Assembly: GCA_024405635.1 (NCBI GenBank)
Contig: JAKSOL010000012.1
Coordinates: 8,813 to 72,812, forward strand
Direction of reading: 5' to 3'
DNA length: 64,000 bases
Origin: Salinivirgaceae bacterium
GTDB taxonomy: Bacteria; Bacteroidota; Bacteroidia; Bacteroidales; SZUA-534
Positions 8,544 through 18,478 of this stretch are shown here, piece after piece. The notes under the pieces are model-generated. The model saw only the letters and a program-made list of their open reading frames with translations, was not told the origin of the DNA and did not search any database. A program made the position numbers and the translations under genes. Positions within the stretch are counted from its first letter, which is position 1, and every line of letters starts with the position of its first letter.

Positions 8544-9467
8544 TTAGTTTGATTCGGTAAAAATTCGTGCAATGAGCGAGCCTTCGTACACCACTGGGTA
8601 GCTTCTTATTGTAAACACTAGTCCATCAACTGGCGATTTAACTTCCTCTTGAATGGAGCCTTCAAGCGAACTGACTAGCAAGCAAATAGTGTCGCCTTTT
8701 TTTACGCGCGTACCATGTTTCACAGCACTTATTATGATGCCCGAGCGTGATGCATTTATAAACGAAACGTTTCCTGTTTTTGAGTCGATTGGCGAGCTAA
8801 CAGCATCGGGTTTGGTGCCAGTCCACACGTTCATGTGGCTCATTAGGTTTAAGATTCCGTCAACAAGTTGGTCTCCATATTCGCGGGTTATTTTCATACC
8901 GATGCCCATTTCAACCACCACGGTAGGCGTTCCAATTGAGTTGAGCGAGTGCGCTATTGTTGCTTCAAGTACGGTTGCCGCATCGTGGGTCCAAATAAAA
9001 TCGAGATTGAGTTTGTCGGCCAACGGATAAAGCTTATCGGCATAAATGTTTGAAATGCGCGCTTGCGGCATCTCATAAAGGTAAATGTTTGACGAGTGAA
9101 TGTCAATAACCAAGTCGGCTCCGCGAAGGTCTTCAACTACTTGATGCGCAACGTTTTCAATCATGTGACCGTTGGGCGAGCCGGGAAATATCCGGTTCAT
9201 GTCGAGGTCGAACGTTGGAATGCCGCGTGTTACGCTATCAACGCCAAGCGGGTTTATGGCCGGATAAACTTCAACTTGTCCGTGCAACTCGTTGGGCTGA
9301 AGTTGAAGCCTGCGCAATAGTTCGTAGCAAACGTATTGCCCCTCAAGCTCGTCGCCGTGAATGCCGGTAACTATGCAAATGCGTTTGCCTCCGTTGCCTA
9401 CAACGTTTTTCTTTATCAATAGTCGTTCGTAAACGGGCAAATCTTCTGATACTAAAGTCTTTATCAT
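8544..9467 (-). CDS. M14 succinylglutamate desuccinylase/aspartoacylase-family metallopeptidase
   Basis: GIHGDE, DMNRIFPG, DIHSS and VVEMG: Zn ligands and catalytic Glu intact. Confidence 0.88.
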   Translation of the reverse strand: MIKTLVSEDLPVYERLLIKKNVVGNGGKRICIVTGIHGDELEGQYVCYELLRRLQLQPNELHGQVEVYPAINPLGVDSVTRGIPTFDLDMNRIFPGSPNGHMIENVAHQVVEDLRGADLVIDIHSSNIYLYEMPQARISNIYADKLYPLADKLNLDFIWTHDAATVLEATIAHSLNSIGTPTVVVEMGIGMKITREYGDQLVDGILNLMSHMNVWTGTKPDAVSSPIDSKTGNVSFINASRSGIIISAVKHGTRVKKGDTICLLVSSLEGSIQEEVKSPVDGLVFTIRSYPVVYEGSLIARIFTESN

Positions 9468-9473
9468 TGTCTG

Positions 9474-10268
9474 TTAATCTTTTATATAATGGGGTAGTCG
9501 TCTAATTTGTTCAACCAAAAGGCTCACTTTTACCGTTTGTTGTACAATTCCGTTAAAGTGTCCGCGGTTGATTGAGCAGTCGTTAAAATCGCGACCATGA
9601 GCAATTTTTATATATGAGTCGTCAACGCAACGGTTGTTGGTTGGGTCAAAAGCGCGCCAAGTTCCGTTGTCGAAGTATTCAATCCACGCGTGAGTTGCGC
9701 CTTCGCCTATCATAAATCCGTTTACATATCGGGCTGCAATGCCAGCTTTGCGACACATGGCAATGGCAATGTGTGCGTAATCTTGACAAACTCCTTCGCC
9801 TAAACCAAATGCCTCGGCGGCGGTGGTGGCAACGTTGGTTGTGCCGCTGCGATAGGCAAAAGTTTGTGCAAGTTGGTTCGACATTTCCGCAATCCAAGCT
9901 TTTGTGTCTGATGCCGATGTGCTGATGCCCGCAATGGTGTTGCAAATTTTGTCCGATGGCATTGTTAACGCCGACGGGTGCCTAAAAATTGGGTCCAACT
10001 CTTCGTGTGTCTCGTGTCGTCCAACGTCAACAATTCCCTTCGATTCGAACATAAAAGCATCGTGAAAATCGGCCACGTAGCCAGTTTGCACAACGCTTCC
10101 AAACGAGTCGGTGCTTTTACCAATCTGGCAGTTGGGAATAACGGTGGTCGATTCGTTGATTATGCGCTGAAACGGGCACGAGTAAGGCACGCATCGCAGC
10201 ATAAACGTATGCGAACTAACTGGTTGCGAGAACGTTAGTAAGGTTCGATATGCGTATTTCAGCAACAT
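9474..10268 (-). CDS. Transglutaminase-like protein with bacterial transglutaminase N-terminal domain
   Basis: GVCQDYAH (Cys), ATHAWIE (His), FDPTN (Asp), AHGRDF. Confidence 0.92.
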   Translation of the reverse strand: MLLKYAYRTLLTFSQPVSSHTFMLRCVPYSCPFQRIINESTTVIPNCQIGKSTDSFGSVVQTGYVADFHDAFMFESKGIVDVGRHETHEELDPIFRHPSALTMPSDKICNTIAGISTSASDTKAWIAEMSNQLAQTFAYRSGTTNVATTAAEAFGLGEGVCQDYAHIAIAMCRKAGIAARYVNGFMIGEGATHAWIEYFDNGTWRAFDPTNNRCVDDSYIKIAHGRDFNDCSINRGHFNGIVQQTVKVSLLVEQIRRLPHYIKD

Positions 10269-10274
10269 TTGTGG

Positions 10275-10964
10275 TTATGCGGCAAATAGGCTGTTTACTA
10301 CCGATAGTGTTTCTATTGAGTTGAATCCGGGTAACCCAATTCTCTGTTTTAGATTCGCAAAATCGGTGGTGTTATAAAAGTCGCTAGCAAAGGTTTCAAC
10401 ACGCTCAAGTCGAGTCATTATGTCCTCAATTCTCGATGTTTCGTAGTTAAATCGGATAAACAAATCGAGTTTTTCAATAAACCGACCAGTCTCAATAATG
10501 TCGCGAACTTTTGAGTTATAGATGCGGTCTTCAATTGCGCCCCAAAACGAGTACATAATGTCGGTAACATATTGTAACTCATATAGTTTTAGTCCATTCT
10601 TTTCGGCTTTTTTCATAAAGTTGATGGCCAATTCAATGTACTGTAGGCTTTCGCTTTTCAGCTCTTCGCGTAGTAAAATGGCGTTGTCTTTCACTCTTTC
10701 GAGCATGTTTATTACTGATACTGAACTGGTTGTGTCGTATAGGTACTTGTTTACGAACTCGCGCGAATTGGCATAGTTGCAGTCAATGCCCATTTTGTTG
10801 CAAAATTCAATGTGAGCCACTGAATTTTCGTTGTCAATAATCTCATCGTAGTACTTGCGCAAAATGTGTAGGGCAGTGCAAACACGCTCTGAGTAGCGAC
10901 CCAGCCAATAAAGGCGGTTTGCCTTGGCGGGTGAAATTGCCGAAAGAAACATTTTTGTTGTCAT
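10275..10964 (-). CDS. Alpha-E domain protein
   Basis: LYWLGRYSER and GRFIEKLD ER-type motifs; adjacent to the cpATP-grasp gene. Confidence 0.88.
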   Translation of the reverse strand: MTTKMFLSAISPAKANRLYWLGRYSERVCTALHILRKYYDEIIDNENSVAHIEFCNKMGIDCNYANSREFVNKYLYDTTSSVSVINMLERVKDNAILLREELKSESLQYIELAINFMKKAEKNGLKLYELQYVTDIMYSFWGAIEDRIYNSKVRDIIETGRFIEKLDLFIRFNYETSRIEDIMTRLERVETFASDFYNTTDFANLKQRIGLPGFNSIETLSVVNSLFAA

Positions 10965-11001
10965 ATAGCTATTTATTTGTGTGTTAATAATTTACAGTGT
11001 T

Positions 11002-12321
11002 TTATTCCGAAAGGACCCAAGTGTCTTTAAATCCGCCACCTTGCGACGAGTTGACTACAAACGATTTTGGGTCGCGAGTAAAGCGTGTCAGTCCGCTTGG
11101 CCAAACTTTGGTTTCCTTGCCCGAAATAACAAAGGCTCGCAAGTCGGCTTTGCGCATCACTCGTTGGTCTCCGTCCATTATTTCAAGGTCAATAAAGTCA
11201 ATCACCTCTTGAGCTATCCAACGGCGCGGTTGAGTGCGTACAAGTTCGCGTACTTCTTCAAGTCGAGTTTCGTCCATATCGCGACCAAACATCACGCCGT
11301 AACCGCCAGCTTCGGATACATCTTTAATCACCAGTTTTGGCAGGTTTTCAAGCACATATTTCTTATCGCTGTCGAAAAATGGAAGATAAGTAGGCGCGTT
11401 TTTCAAAATCGGTTTTTCGTGTAGGTAGTACTCCACCATTTTAGGCACAAAATAGTATATGCCTTTGTCGTCGGCCACACCGTTGCCAAAGGCGTTTATA
11501 ATGGCCACATTGCCCTTAGTGTAAGCGCGAAACAAGTTTGGAACGCCCAACAGCGAACTTTTTTCAAAAGTCATAGGGTCAAGATATTCGTCCGACAAAC
11601 GGCGATAAATGGCGCCCACACGTTCGCGCTCGTTAAACAAGCCTTTGTAGTAAACTTTGTCGTCGTCAACAAATAGGTCGTCGGGGAAAGCCAGAACCAC
11701 GCCAGCCTTTTCGGCCAAGTACGAATGCTCAAAAAAAGCAGAATTATAGCGGCCAGGAGTTAGAATAACTTCCAATCCGCCATCAACGTTCACGTTGTCC
11801 ATCATTTCGCGAATCATTTTTGCGTAGTCGCGGTTGTCAAAAATTGGAGCGCCGTCAAATGTTTCGGGCGACGATTTGCGAGTTAATTGTCTGGCAATCA
11901 TCGGATAAGAAGCGCCTGATGGAATGCGCAAATTATCTTCAAGAACGTACCAAGTGCCGTCTTTTGCCTGAACAAGGTCAATGCCCGAAATGTGCGAGTA
12001 GATGCCCATTGGTGGCATAACACCTTCGCATTCAGGTAAGTAGCCCTTTGATGAATATACAAAATCCTCGGGCACAATGCCGTCTTTAACAATCTGTTTT
12101 TGGCTATAGATGTCGCGCAAAAAGGCATTTAGCGCATCAACACGCTGCCTTAGTCCAGCTTCCAGTTCTTTCCAGTCGGAGTTTGAAATGATGCGTGGAA
12201 TGGCATCAAACGGGAATAATTGTTCACGAAATTCGCCGTTCTTGTAAATGCCAAATCGAACTCCGTAGCGTTCCATCCACTTGTTTACCGCCTCTTTCTG
12301 ATTTAATAGTCTTGCGAACAT
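11002..12321 (-). CDS. Circularly permuted type 2 ATP-grasp protein
   Basis: PFDAIPRII, GIDLV, VLEDNLRIPSG, NSAFFEH, GNGVADDK, GGYG, DLRAF, VVNSSQGGGFKDTWV. Confidence 0.93.
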   Translation of the reverse strand: MFARLLNQKEAVNKWMERYGVRFGIYKNGEFREQLFPFDAIPRIISNSDWKELEAGLRQRVDALNAFLRDIYSQKQIVKDGIVPEDFVYSSKGYLPECEGVMPPMGIYSHISGIDLVQAKDGTWYVLEDNLRIPSGASYPMIARQLTRKSSPETFDGAPIFDNRDYAKMIREMMDNVNVDGGLEVILTPGRYNSAFFEHSYLAEKAGVVLAFPDDLFVDDDKVYYKGLFNERERVGAIYRRLSDEYLDPMTFEKSSLLGVPNLFRAYTKGNVAIINAFGNGVADDKGIYYFVPKMVEYYLHEKPILKNAPTYLPFFDSDKKYVLENLPKLVIKDVSEAGGYGVMFGRDMDETRLEEVRELVRTQPRRWIAQEVIDFIDLEIMDGDQRVMRKADLRAFVISGKETKVWPSGLTRFTRDPKSFVVNSSQGGGFKDTWVLSE

Positions 12322-12637
12322 CTTTTTAATTTTTTAGTTGTTTTTGTTTCATATCGAAAGTATAATAATTGATTTGCTTTCAAATTCGTTGCAAAATTAC
12401 GCATATACTTATAAAGTGCAATTTTAGCAAGCTACTATTTACAAGATAAAGGGGAGTTTTAGTAAAAGACGTATATAATTAGCCATTGTGTGCTATTTGT
12501 AAGTCAATTAGATTAGTTGCCAGTAGTTGAAAAACAATCATTATGGAGGTTTCCGTATTCAGTTAAATACAACCAAGCATTGCAACAGCCTAATTGAACT
12601 TTTTGATAATTTTGCGCACCCAAAAATTCGAAGATAA

Positions 12638-13327
12638 ATGGCACTAATTCTATCGTTTGAGACTTCAACAACCGTTTGCTCGGTAGCTTTGTCGCGCAAC
12701 GGAGTGATTGTTGATTCGCAAGAGAGTTTTGAAACCAAATCGCATGCATCGTTGCTTACGGTGTTTGCTCAAGATATTTTACAGCGCAATAGTATCTCGG
12801 CTCAAGAGCTTGATGCTGTGGCAGTTAGTCAAGGTCCGGGTTCATACACAGGCTTGCGAATTGGAGTTTCGGCTGCAAAAGGTTTGTGCTACTCGCTTGG
12901 CAAAAAGTTGTTGGCTGTCGATACCTTAAAAGCTATGGCACTTATGGCCGCCGACAAGGTTGAGGCGAAGCCCGATGTGTTTTGCGCCATGATTGATGCT
13001 CGCCGAATGGAGGTTTACTGCGCCATGTTTGACCAACAACTAAACCGCATAAGCAACACTGAGGCTGTGGTGGTTGACGAAAATAGTTTTGCCGCCACGT
13101 TAAGCGGTAAAAAAGTGGCGTTTTTTGGCGACGGAGCAGCCAAATGTATGCCAGTAATCAATTCTCAAAATGCTGTATTAGTTGATGGTGTTTACCCTTC
13201 GGCTCGATACATGGCAGTGCTGGCCGAACAAAGTTTTGCCGCAGGCGATTTTAAGGATGTTGCTTATTTTGAGCCATTCTATCTTAAAGATTTTGTTGCT
13301 ACAAAGCCAAAAAACAAAGTTCTGTGA
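12638..13327 (+). CDS. tsaB: tRNA threonylcarbamoyladenosine biosynthesis protein TsaB
   Basis: ETSTTVCSVA, GPGSYTGLRIG, MIDARRMEVY, AYFEPFYLK. Confidence 0.95.
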   Translation: MALILSFETSTTVCSVALSRNGVIVDSQESFETKSHASLLTVFAQDILQRNSISAQELDAVAVSQGPGSYTGLRIGVSAAKGLCYSLGKKLLAVDTLKAMALMAADKVEAKPDVFCAMIDARRMEVYCAMFDQQLNRISNTEAVVVDENSFAATLSGKKVAFFGDGAAKCMPVINSQNAVLVDGVYPSARYMAVLAEQSFAAGDFKDVAYFEPFYLKDFVATKPKNKVL

Positions 13328-14388
13328 AATTACGCTTTGGCATCATTTGCATATTGCTGGCTATCAGCATAAACTGTTTGGCCGATAACAATAGTTGGTT
13401 TCAGCGCAATTTTCGCCAAACTGCCGACACTAATTTTATTGTCGATTTGCACAAAACACTTGGCTTAAAGGCGTTCTTTTCAAACAAATACTCAAACTTT
13501 ACCATTCGTAATTTGCAGAACCATAATTCGTTAAATTACGAATCGACAGCAAATCGCGCCATTAATGTTGGTTTTATTTACAAGTGGATTGATCTTAATG
13601 CAGGTTATAGTTACAACTTTTTGAATAAGCAAAACGACCTTAAAAGCAACAGTAAACAGTTTGATGTACAAGCAAAAATGTTTCTGCGGTCAACATCGTG
13701 GTGGTTGTTTGTAAATGCCTACAAAGGTTATGACCTTTCCAATGCTGGTAAAGTGCTAAGCGACTACAAACCAGGAACTTATTATTCGCGCAACGACATT
13801 AGAGCCTTCTCAATGCGTGGTGCAGTAAACTATTTTTTCAATTACACACAATACTCAAACCGAGCAACTCAAGGCAACGGCGCACGCCAGCAAAAGTCGG
13901 CAGGGTCGGCGGTTGCGGGCATACAATTTATTTTTAATTCGGTTGTGGCCGACTCGTCGTTTGTTCCTACTAACCTAAACAACAACAGCATTTTTGCCTA
14001 CAATTTTGACGACATTGAATACTTTTCAGTGGGTGCAAATATTGGTTACACCTACACATTTGTTTATAAGCACAATTGGGTTGCAAGTTCAATGATTGTG
14101 GGAGGAATAAGCTACGGAAATAAAAAACAATACGCTAACAATCAGATAAATACCGACACCGATAACGCATTTAATCTTTTTCTGCAAGGTGAATTAAGTG
14201 CTGGATATTGTTGCAACCGTTTCAATGTTATGTTGCGTCACACTTTTCAGTCAACTCAAACTCCAGTTGGCGACCGATGGAACAACGTTGTGCTACTAAA
14301 CGGCAACACTCAACTGTTGTTCATCTATAGGCTGAATTTGAAACGAGACTTGAAATTTATTCCATACCCACATTTGGCCGACTGGTAA
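13324..14388 (+). CDS. Outer-membrane beta-barrel protein, DUF4421-like
   Basis: GTG start, signal peptide, YKW.., RNDI, QQKSAGS motif, aromatic beta-strand pattern. Confidence 0.65.
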   Translation: MKLRFGIICILLAISINCLADNNSWFQRNFRQTADTNFIVDLHKTLGLKAFFSNKYSNFTIRNLQNHNSLNYESTANRAINVGFIYKWIDLNAGYSYNFLNKQNDLKSNSKQFDVQAKMFLRSTSWWLFVNAYKGYDLSNAGKVLSDYKPGTYYSRNDIRAFSMRGAVNYFFNYTQYSNRATQGNGARQQKSAGSAVAGIQFIFNSVVADSSFVPTNLNNNSIFAYNFDDIEYFSVGANIGYTYTFVYKHNWVASSMIVGGISYGNKKQYANNQINTDTDNAFNLFLQGELSAGYCCNRFNVMLRHTFQSTQTPVGDRWNNVVLLNGNTQLLFIYRLNLKRDLKFIPYPHLADW

Positions 14389-14391
14389 CCA

Positions 14392-15522
14392 ATGAAAAGC
14401 AAAGCAATAATATTGATAATTGTGCTTTTGCTTGCAGTGCAAGTTAAGGCAGAGTGGCTGGCAAAAAGTCAACCAATGCTTTATGAACAACCAACCAGCA
14501 ATGCTTTTTTGCAACAAATCAGCAAACCATTTATTAGGATTGCCGACACCAATTATGTTACCGATCTTACCAGTACATTCATCATTCGAGGGCTAAATAG
14601 TTTCAAAACATGTGGTTTTAACATCGAAGACAAACAAAGCCTATTGGCCTTGCGATACCGAAGCGACACAATTGCATCAATAGGCGCGGGCATAAACTAC
14701 AAGTGGCTCAGTTTTGGACTGCAATTAAGCACTGGACGTCGTGCAAAGCATGTAATAGGCCGACAAAACCACATTAACATTCAAATTTTGCAGCCAACGT
14801 TTAATATTAAAACCGATATCAGCGAGTACAATGGTTTGTTCGTTTACAACAAAGACTCAATTATTTGTGGCCTGCCACGCAACGATTATTATATACGCAA
14901 CGATTTGAAATACATAAAGTTGCGCATACAAGCCGATTATGTTATAAATCATAATAAATATAGTGCGGCGGCTGCAACTGGGTTAAATACCATTCAGAAG
15001 AAAACTGTAGGTTCGTTTCTTTTGGGGGCCGAGTGGGAGGCAAATATCATTATGGCCGACTCGTCGTTAGTGCCAAGCAATGTAAACGATTCGTTATTTG
15101 CCTACAAAAGCAACATAAACGGCATAAGTAATATAACATTCGGAGTAACAACAGGATATGCAATGAATGTGGTGCTACCTAAAGGTTTTTTTGTACATGG
15201 CACTTATGTTGTGGGCGTAGGCACCGACCGAAAAACCATTCGCGACCAAACGGCCGATGATTTGCGTTACCGTTCGTTAGCTTCAATGTTTAGGGCTGAG
15301 ATAGCTACCGGCTATAACTGCCGTAGATTTTACGCAGGAGCTTGGATAAACTATTCGGTAAACCGGTCGAAAATAGGATCAACAGCTGCCAATATCTACA
15401 CCGAAAGCCTTGCTATTCGTATAGTTTTTGCCTACCGCATATTTTTAAAGAAAGATTATCCACTCAACATTGGTGGAATGCGCGATATGGTTAACGATTT
15501 GCGGCAACGCAACTGGAATTAG
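14392..15522 (+). CDS. Outer-membrane beta-barrel protein, DUF4421-like (tandem paralogue)
   Basis: Shares ADTNYV.DL, NYKW, RNDL, QKKTVGS and ADSSLVP motifs with the upstream gene. Confidence 0.65.
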   Translation: MKSKAIILIIVLLLAVQVKAEWLAKSQPMLYEQPTSNAFLQQISKPFIRIADTNYVTDLTSTFIIRGLNSFKTCGFNIEDKQSLLALRYRSDTIASIGAGINYKWLSFGLQLSTGRRAKHVIGRQNHINIQILQPTFNIKTDISEYNGLFVYNKDSIICGLPRNDYYIRNDLKYIKLRIQADYVINHNKYSAAAATGLNTIQKKTVGSFLLGAEWEANIIMADSSLVPSNVNDSLFAYKSNINGISNITFGVTTGYAMNVVLPKGFFVHGTYVVGVGTDRKTIRDQTADDLRYRSLASMFRAEIATGYNCRRFYAGAWINYSVNRSKIGSTAANIYTESLAIRIVFAYRIFLKKDYPLNIGGMRDMVNDLRQRNWN

Positions 15523-15576
15523 TAAATGGCACTTTAACAAAAAGTGCTACTTTTGCCGCCTATTAAAAGAACAAGA

Positions 15577-16209
15577 ATGCCAAGCATTGAGTTTTTTTTG
15601 AAAGGAATACTAGTAGGACTGTTAGTCTCGGCACCAATGGGCCCCATTGGAGTTCTTTGTGTGCAAAAAACTCTAAACAAAGGCCGTTTCCTTGGTTTCT
15701 TCTCGGGACTTGGCGCCGCAACAGCCGACACTTCGTATGCTGTTCTTGCAGCATTTGGCATCTCGTACATTACTTCGTTTCTTGAAGAATACCGCGTTGT
15801 GATGCAAATTATAGGTATAGCGGTACTTATTTTTCTTGGAGTAAAAATGTTGGTCCGCACTCAAGAAAAACAATTCCGATATTACCGCAGTGGGTCGCAC
15901 AAAAGCAATGCAATAACCGATTTTATTTCGGTTTTTTTTCTAACCATTTCCAATCCTCTTACCATCATATTCTTTGGAGCCGCATTCTCAATGCTTGGTT
16001 TGTTGTCCGATAAAGTGGGAGGTAACTTGTCGTTAGTGTCGGGAATTTTTTCAGGCGCCGTGTTGTGGTGGTTTGCATTAACATATTCGGTTGATGCGTT
16101 CCGAAAAAAATTCAGTCTGCGTAGCATATTAATGCTAAACCGTATTAGCGGAGCGTTAATCATTATATTGTCAATAGCATTAGCTATCAAGTTTTTTCTG
16201 TTCAATTAG
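15577..16209 (+). CDS. LysE-family transporter
   Basis: SAPMGPIGVLC, GLGAATAD, LTISNPLTI. Confidence 0.88.
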   Translation: MPSIEFFLKGILVGLLVSAPMGPIGVLCVQKTLNKGRFLGFFSGLGAATADTSYAVLAAFGISYITSFLEEYRVVMQIIGIAVLIFLGVKMLVRTQEKQFRYYRSGSHKSNAITDFISVFFLTISNPLTIIFFGAAFSMLGLLSDKVGGNLSLVSGIFSGAVLWWFALTYSVDAFRKKFSLRSILMLNRISGALIIILSIALAIKFFLFN

Positions 16210-16349
16210 TTGAGCAGATAATGCACAATAATTGATATAAATAGTTAAAAATAAGTCTATTGGCGCAGTCGTTATTATACAACGACATTTAATAGCCAAT
16301 TACTCAAACAATAAAATTGATATATTCGCAACTCACATTTATTACAGCG

Positions 16350-17078
16350 ATGAACGATAAAATTGTCATAATTCCCACCTATAACGAAAAGGAAAATATT
16401 GAGGCGATAATTCGTAAAGTATTGTCGCTCGACGGCAACTTTAATATTCTTGTTATTGAAGACAATAGCCCCGATGGTACAGCGCAAATTGTTAAACGAC
16501 TGATGGAAGAATTTCCACAACGTTTGTTTATCAAAGAGCGCAAAGGAAAATTGGGCTTAGGTACAGCCTACATCGAAGGATTCAAATGGTCGCTTGAACA
16601 TGGCTACGAGTACATTTTTGAAATGGATGCCGATTTTTCGCACAATCCCGACGACCTTCCTCGTTTGCATCACGCATGCTCAACTGGTGCCGATGTGGCA
16701 ATAGGTTCTCGTTACATTTCGGGCATCAACGTAATAAACTGGCCAATGAGCCGTGTACTTATGTCGTACTATGCATCGGCATACGTGCGCATGGTTACCC
16801 GTATGAAAGTGCGCGACACTACAGCTGGTTTTGTGTGCTACCGCCGCAAAGTGCTCGAAACCATTAACCTCGACAATGTCAAATTCAAAGGCTACGCTTT
16901 CCAAATTGAAATGAAGTTTACCGCTTGGAAATTTGGGTTTAAGGTGCTTGAGGTGCCTATTGTGTTCACCGATCGCAAAGAGGGCAAATCAAAAATGAAC
17001 GGTAGCATTTTTGGAGAAGCCGTTTGGGGCGTTATTCGTATGAAATGGCGCAGTTTCTTTACCAATTACAAGCGTTAG
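16350..17078 (+). CDS. Polyprenol monophosphomannose synthase (GT2, DPM1-like)
   Basis: IIPTYNEKENI, EDNSPDGT, GKLGLGTAY, EMDADFSH, GYAFQIE. Confidence 0.92.
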   Translation: MNDKIVIIPTYNEKENIEAIIRKVLSLDGNFNILVIEDNSPDGTAQIVKRLMEEFPQRLFIKERKGKLGLGTAYIEGFKWSLEHGYEYIFEMDADFSHNPDDLPRLHHACSTGADVAIGSRYISGINVINWPMSRVLMSYYASAYVRMVTRMKVRDTTAGFVCYRRKVLETINLDNVKFKGYAFQIEMKFTAWKFGFKVLEVPIVFTDRKEGKSKMNGSIFGEAVWGVIRMKWRSFFTNYKR

Positions 17079-17084
17079 TCGCAA

Positions 17085-18419
17085 ATGAAAACTTTAATTA
17101 AAAACGCCCTTATTGTAAACGAAGGAAAGCGTTTTAATGGTTGCATTGTTATCGATGGCGAAACCATTAGCCAAATAACCGAAACAACCAACCAATTGCC
17201 ACAAGCCGACCGCGTTATTGATGCCAAAGGCTGCCTTGTAATGCCTGGCGTGATTGACGAACATGTGCATTTTCGCGATCCAGGACTAACTCACAAAGCC
17301 GATGTTTTTACCGAATCGGTTGCTGCTGTTGCTGGCGGAGTAACTTCGGTTATGGATATGCCAAATGTGGTGCCTCAAACCACTACCATCGAATTGCTTG
17401 AACAACGTTTTGCTAATGCTGCTGAAAAATCGGTGGCAAACTATTCGTTTTACATAGGCGCCACTAACGATAATATAGACCAAATTCGAAATATCGATAC
17501 TAAACGCGTTTGCGGAGTTAAGGTGTTTATGGGGTCATCAACAGGCAATATGCTTGTGAGCGACCAACAAATGCTTGAACGTGTGTTCAGTGAGTCGCCA
17601 AGGTTGGTGGCAACCCATTGCGAGGTTGAGCAAATTATAAAAGACAATTTGGCAAAATATTCAGCCCTTTATGGCGATAAATTAAACGCTACCCACCATT
17701 CGCTTATTCGTAGCGAGGAGGCTTGCGTACGTTCAACCGAAATGGCTATGCAGCTTGCGCAACGTTGCGGTACTCGCTTGCACGTAATGCACATTTCAAC
17801 AGCAAAAGAGGCTGAATTGTTCTCGTCAGCAAGTCGATTTGAGAAAAAAATAACTGGCGAAACTTGCATCAACTACCTATACTTTAACGATGCCGATTAT
17901 CAAACCTTAGAGTATCGCATTAAATGTAATCCTGCCATTAAAACCAAGCAAGACCAAATGGCGTTGATTAAAGCCGTTGCCGATGGACGTCTTGATACTA
18001 TTGCAACCGACCACGCACCGCATTTGCCTGCCGAAAAATTTGGCGATAGTTACAAAACAAGTGCATCGGGTGTGCCAATGGTTCAACATTCGTTGGTGGC
18101 AATGATTGATTTGTGCAACCAAGGTTTGCTAACATTTGAGCAAGTGGTTGACCGCATGTGTCATGCTCCAGCTGATATTTATGGCATTGAAAAACGTGGA
18201 TATTTGCGTCCAGATTACAAAGCCGATATTGTGATTGTCGATCCAAATAAAAATCAGGTTATTGACCAAAGTAACATTTTATACAAATGTGGTTGGTCGC
18301 CATTGGAGGGGAAAACTATTTCGGCAACAGTAACACACACTTTTGTAAACGGAAATTTGGTTTACTCAAATGGCGAAGTAAACGCCGCAATAAAAGGTCA
18401 GGAGTTGAGGTTTGCTTAG
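17085..18419 (+). CDS. pyrC: Dihydroorotase
   Basis: IDEHVHFRDPG, DMPN, KCNPAIK, ATDHAPH, KCGWSPLEG. Confidence 0.9.
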   Translation: MKTLIKNALIVNEGKRFNGCIVIDGETISQITETTNQLPQADRVIDAKGCLVMPGVIDEHVHFRDPGLTHKADVFTESVAAVAGGVTSVMDMPNVVPQTTTIELLEQRFANAAEKSVANYSFYIGATNDNIDQIRNIDTKRVCGVKVFMGSSTGNMLVSDQQMLERVFSESPRLVATHCEVEQIIKDNLAKYSALYGDKLNATHHSLIRSEEACVRSTEMAMQLAQRCGTRLHVMHISTAKEAELFSSASRFEKKITGETCINYLYFNDADYQTLEYRIKCNPAIKTKQDQMALIKAVADGRLDTIATDHAPHLPAEKFGDSYKTSASGVPMVQHSLVAMIDLCNQGLLTFEQVVDRMCHAPADIYGIEKRGYLRPDYKADIVIVDPNKNQVIDQSNILYKCGWSPLEGKTISATVTHTFVNGNLVYSNGEVNAAIKGQELRFA

Positions 18420-18439
18420 CAAACGTTGGTTTTTGATAT

Positions 18440-18477
18440 AAAAAGCGCGAGATTGGATTTCAACCTCGCGCTTTTTT
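18440..18477. terminator. Bidirectional intrinsic terminator
   Basis: aaaaagcgcgag-loop-ctcgcgctttttt between convergent genes. Confidence 0.8.
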
Positions 18478-18478
18478 G

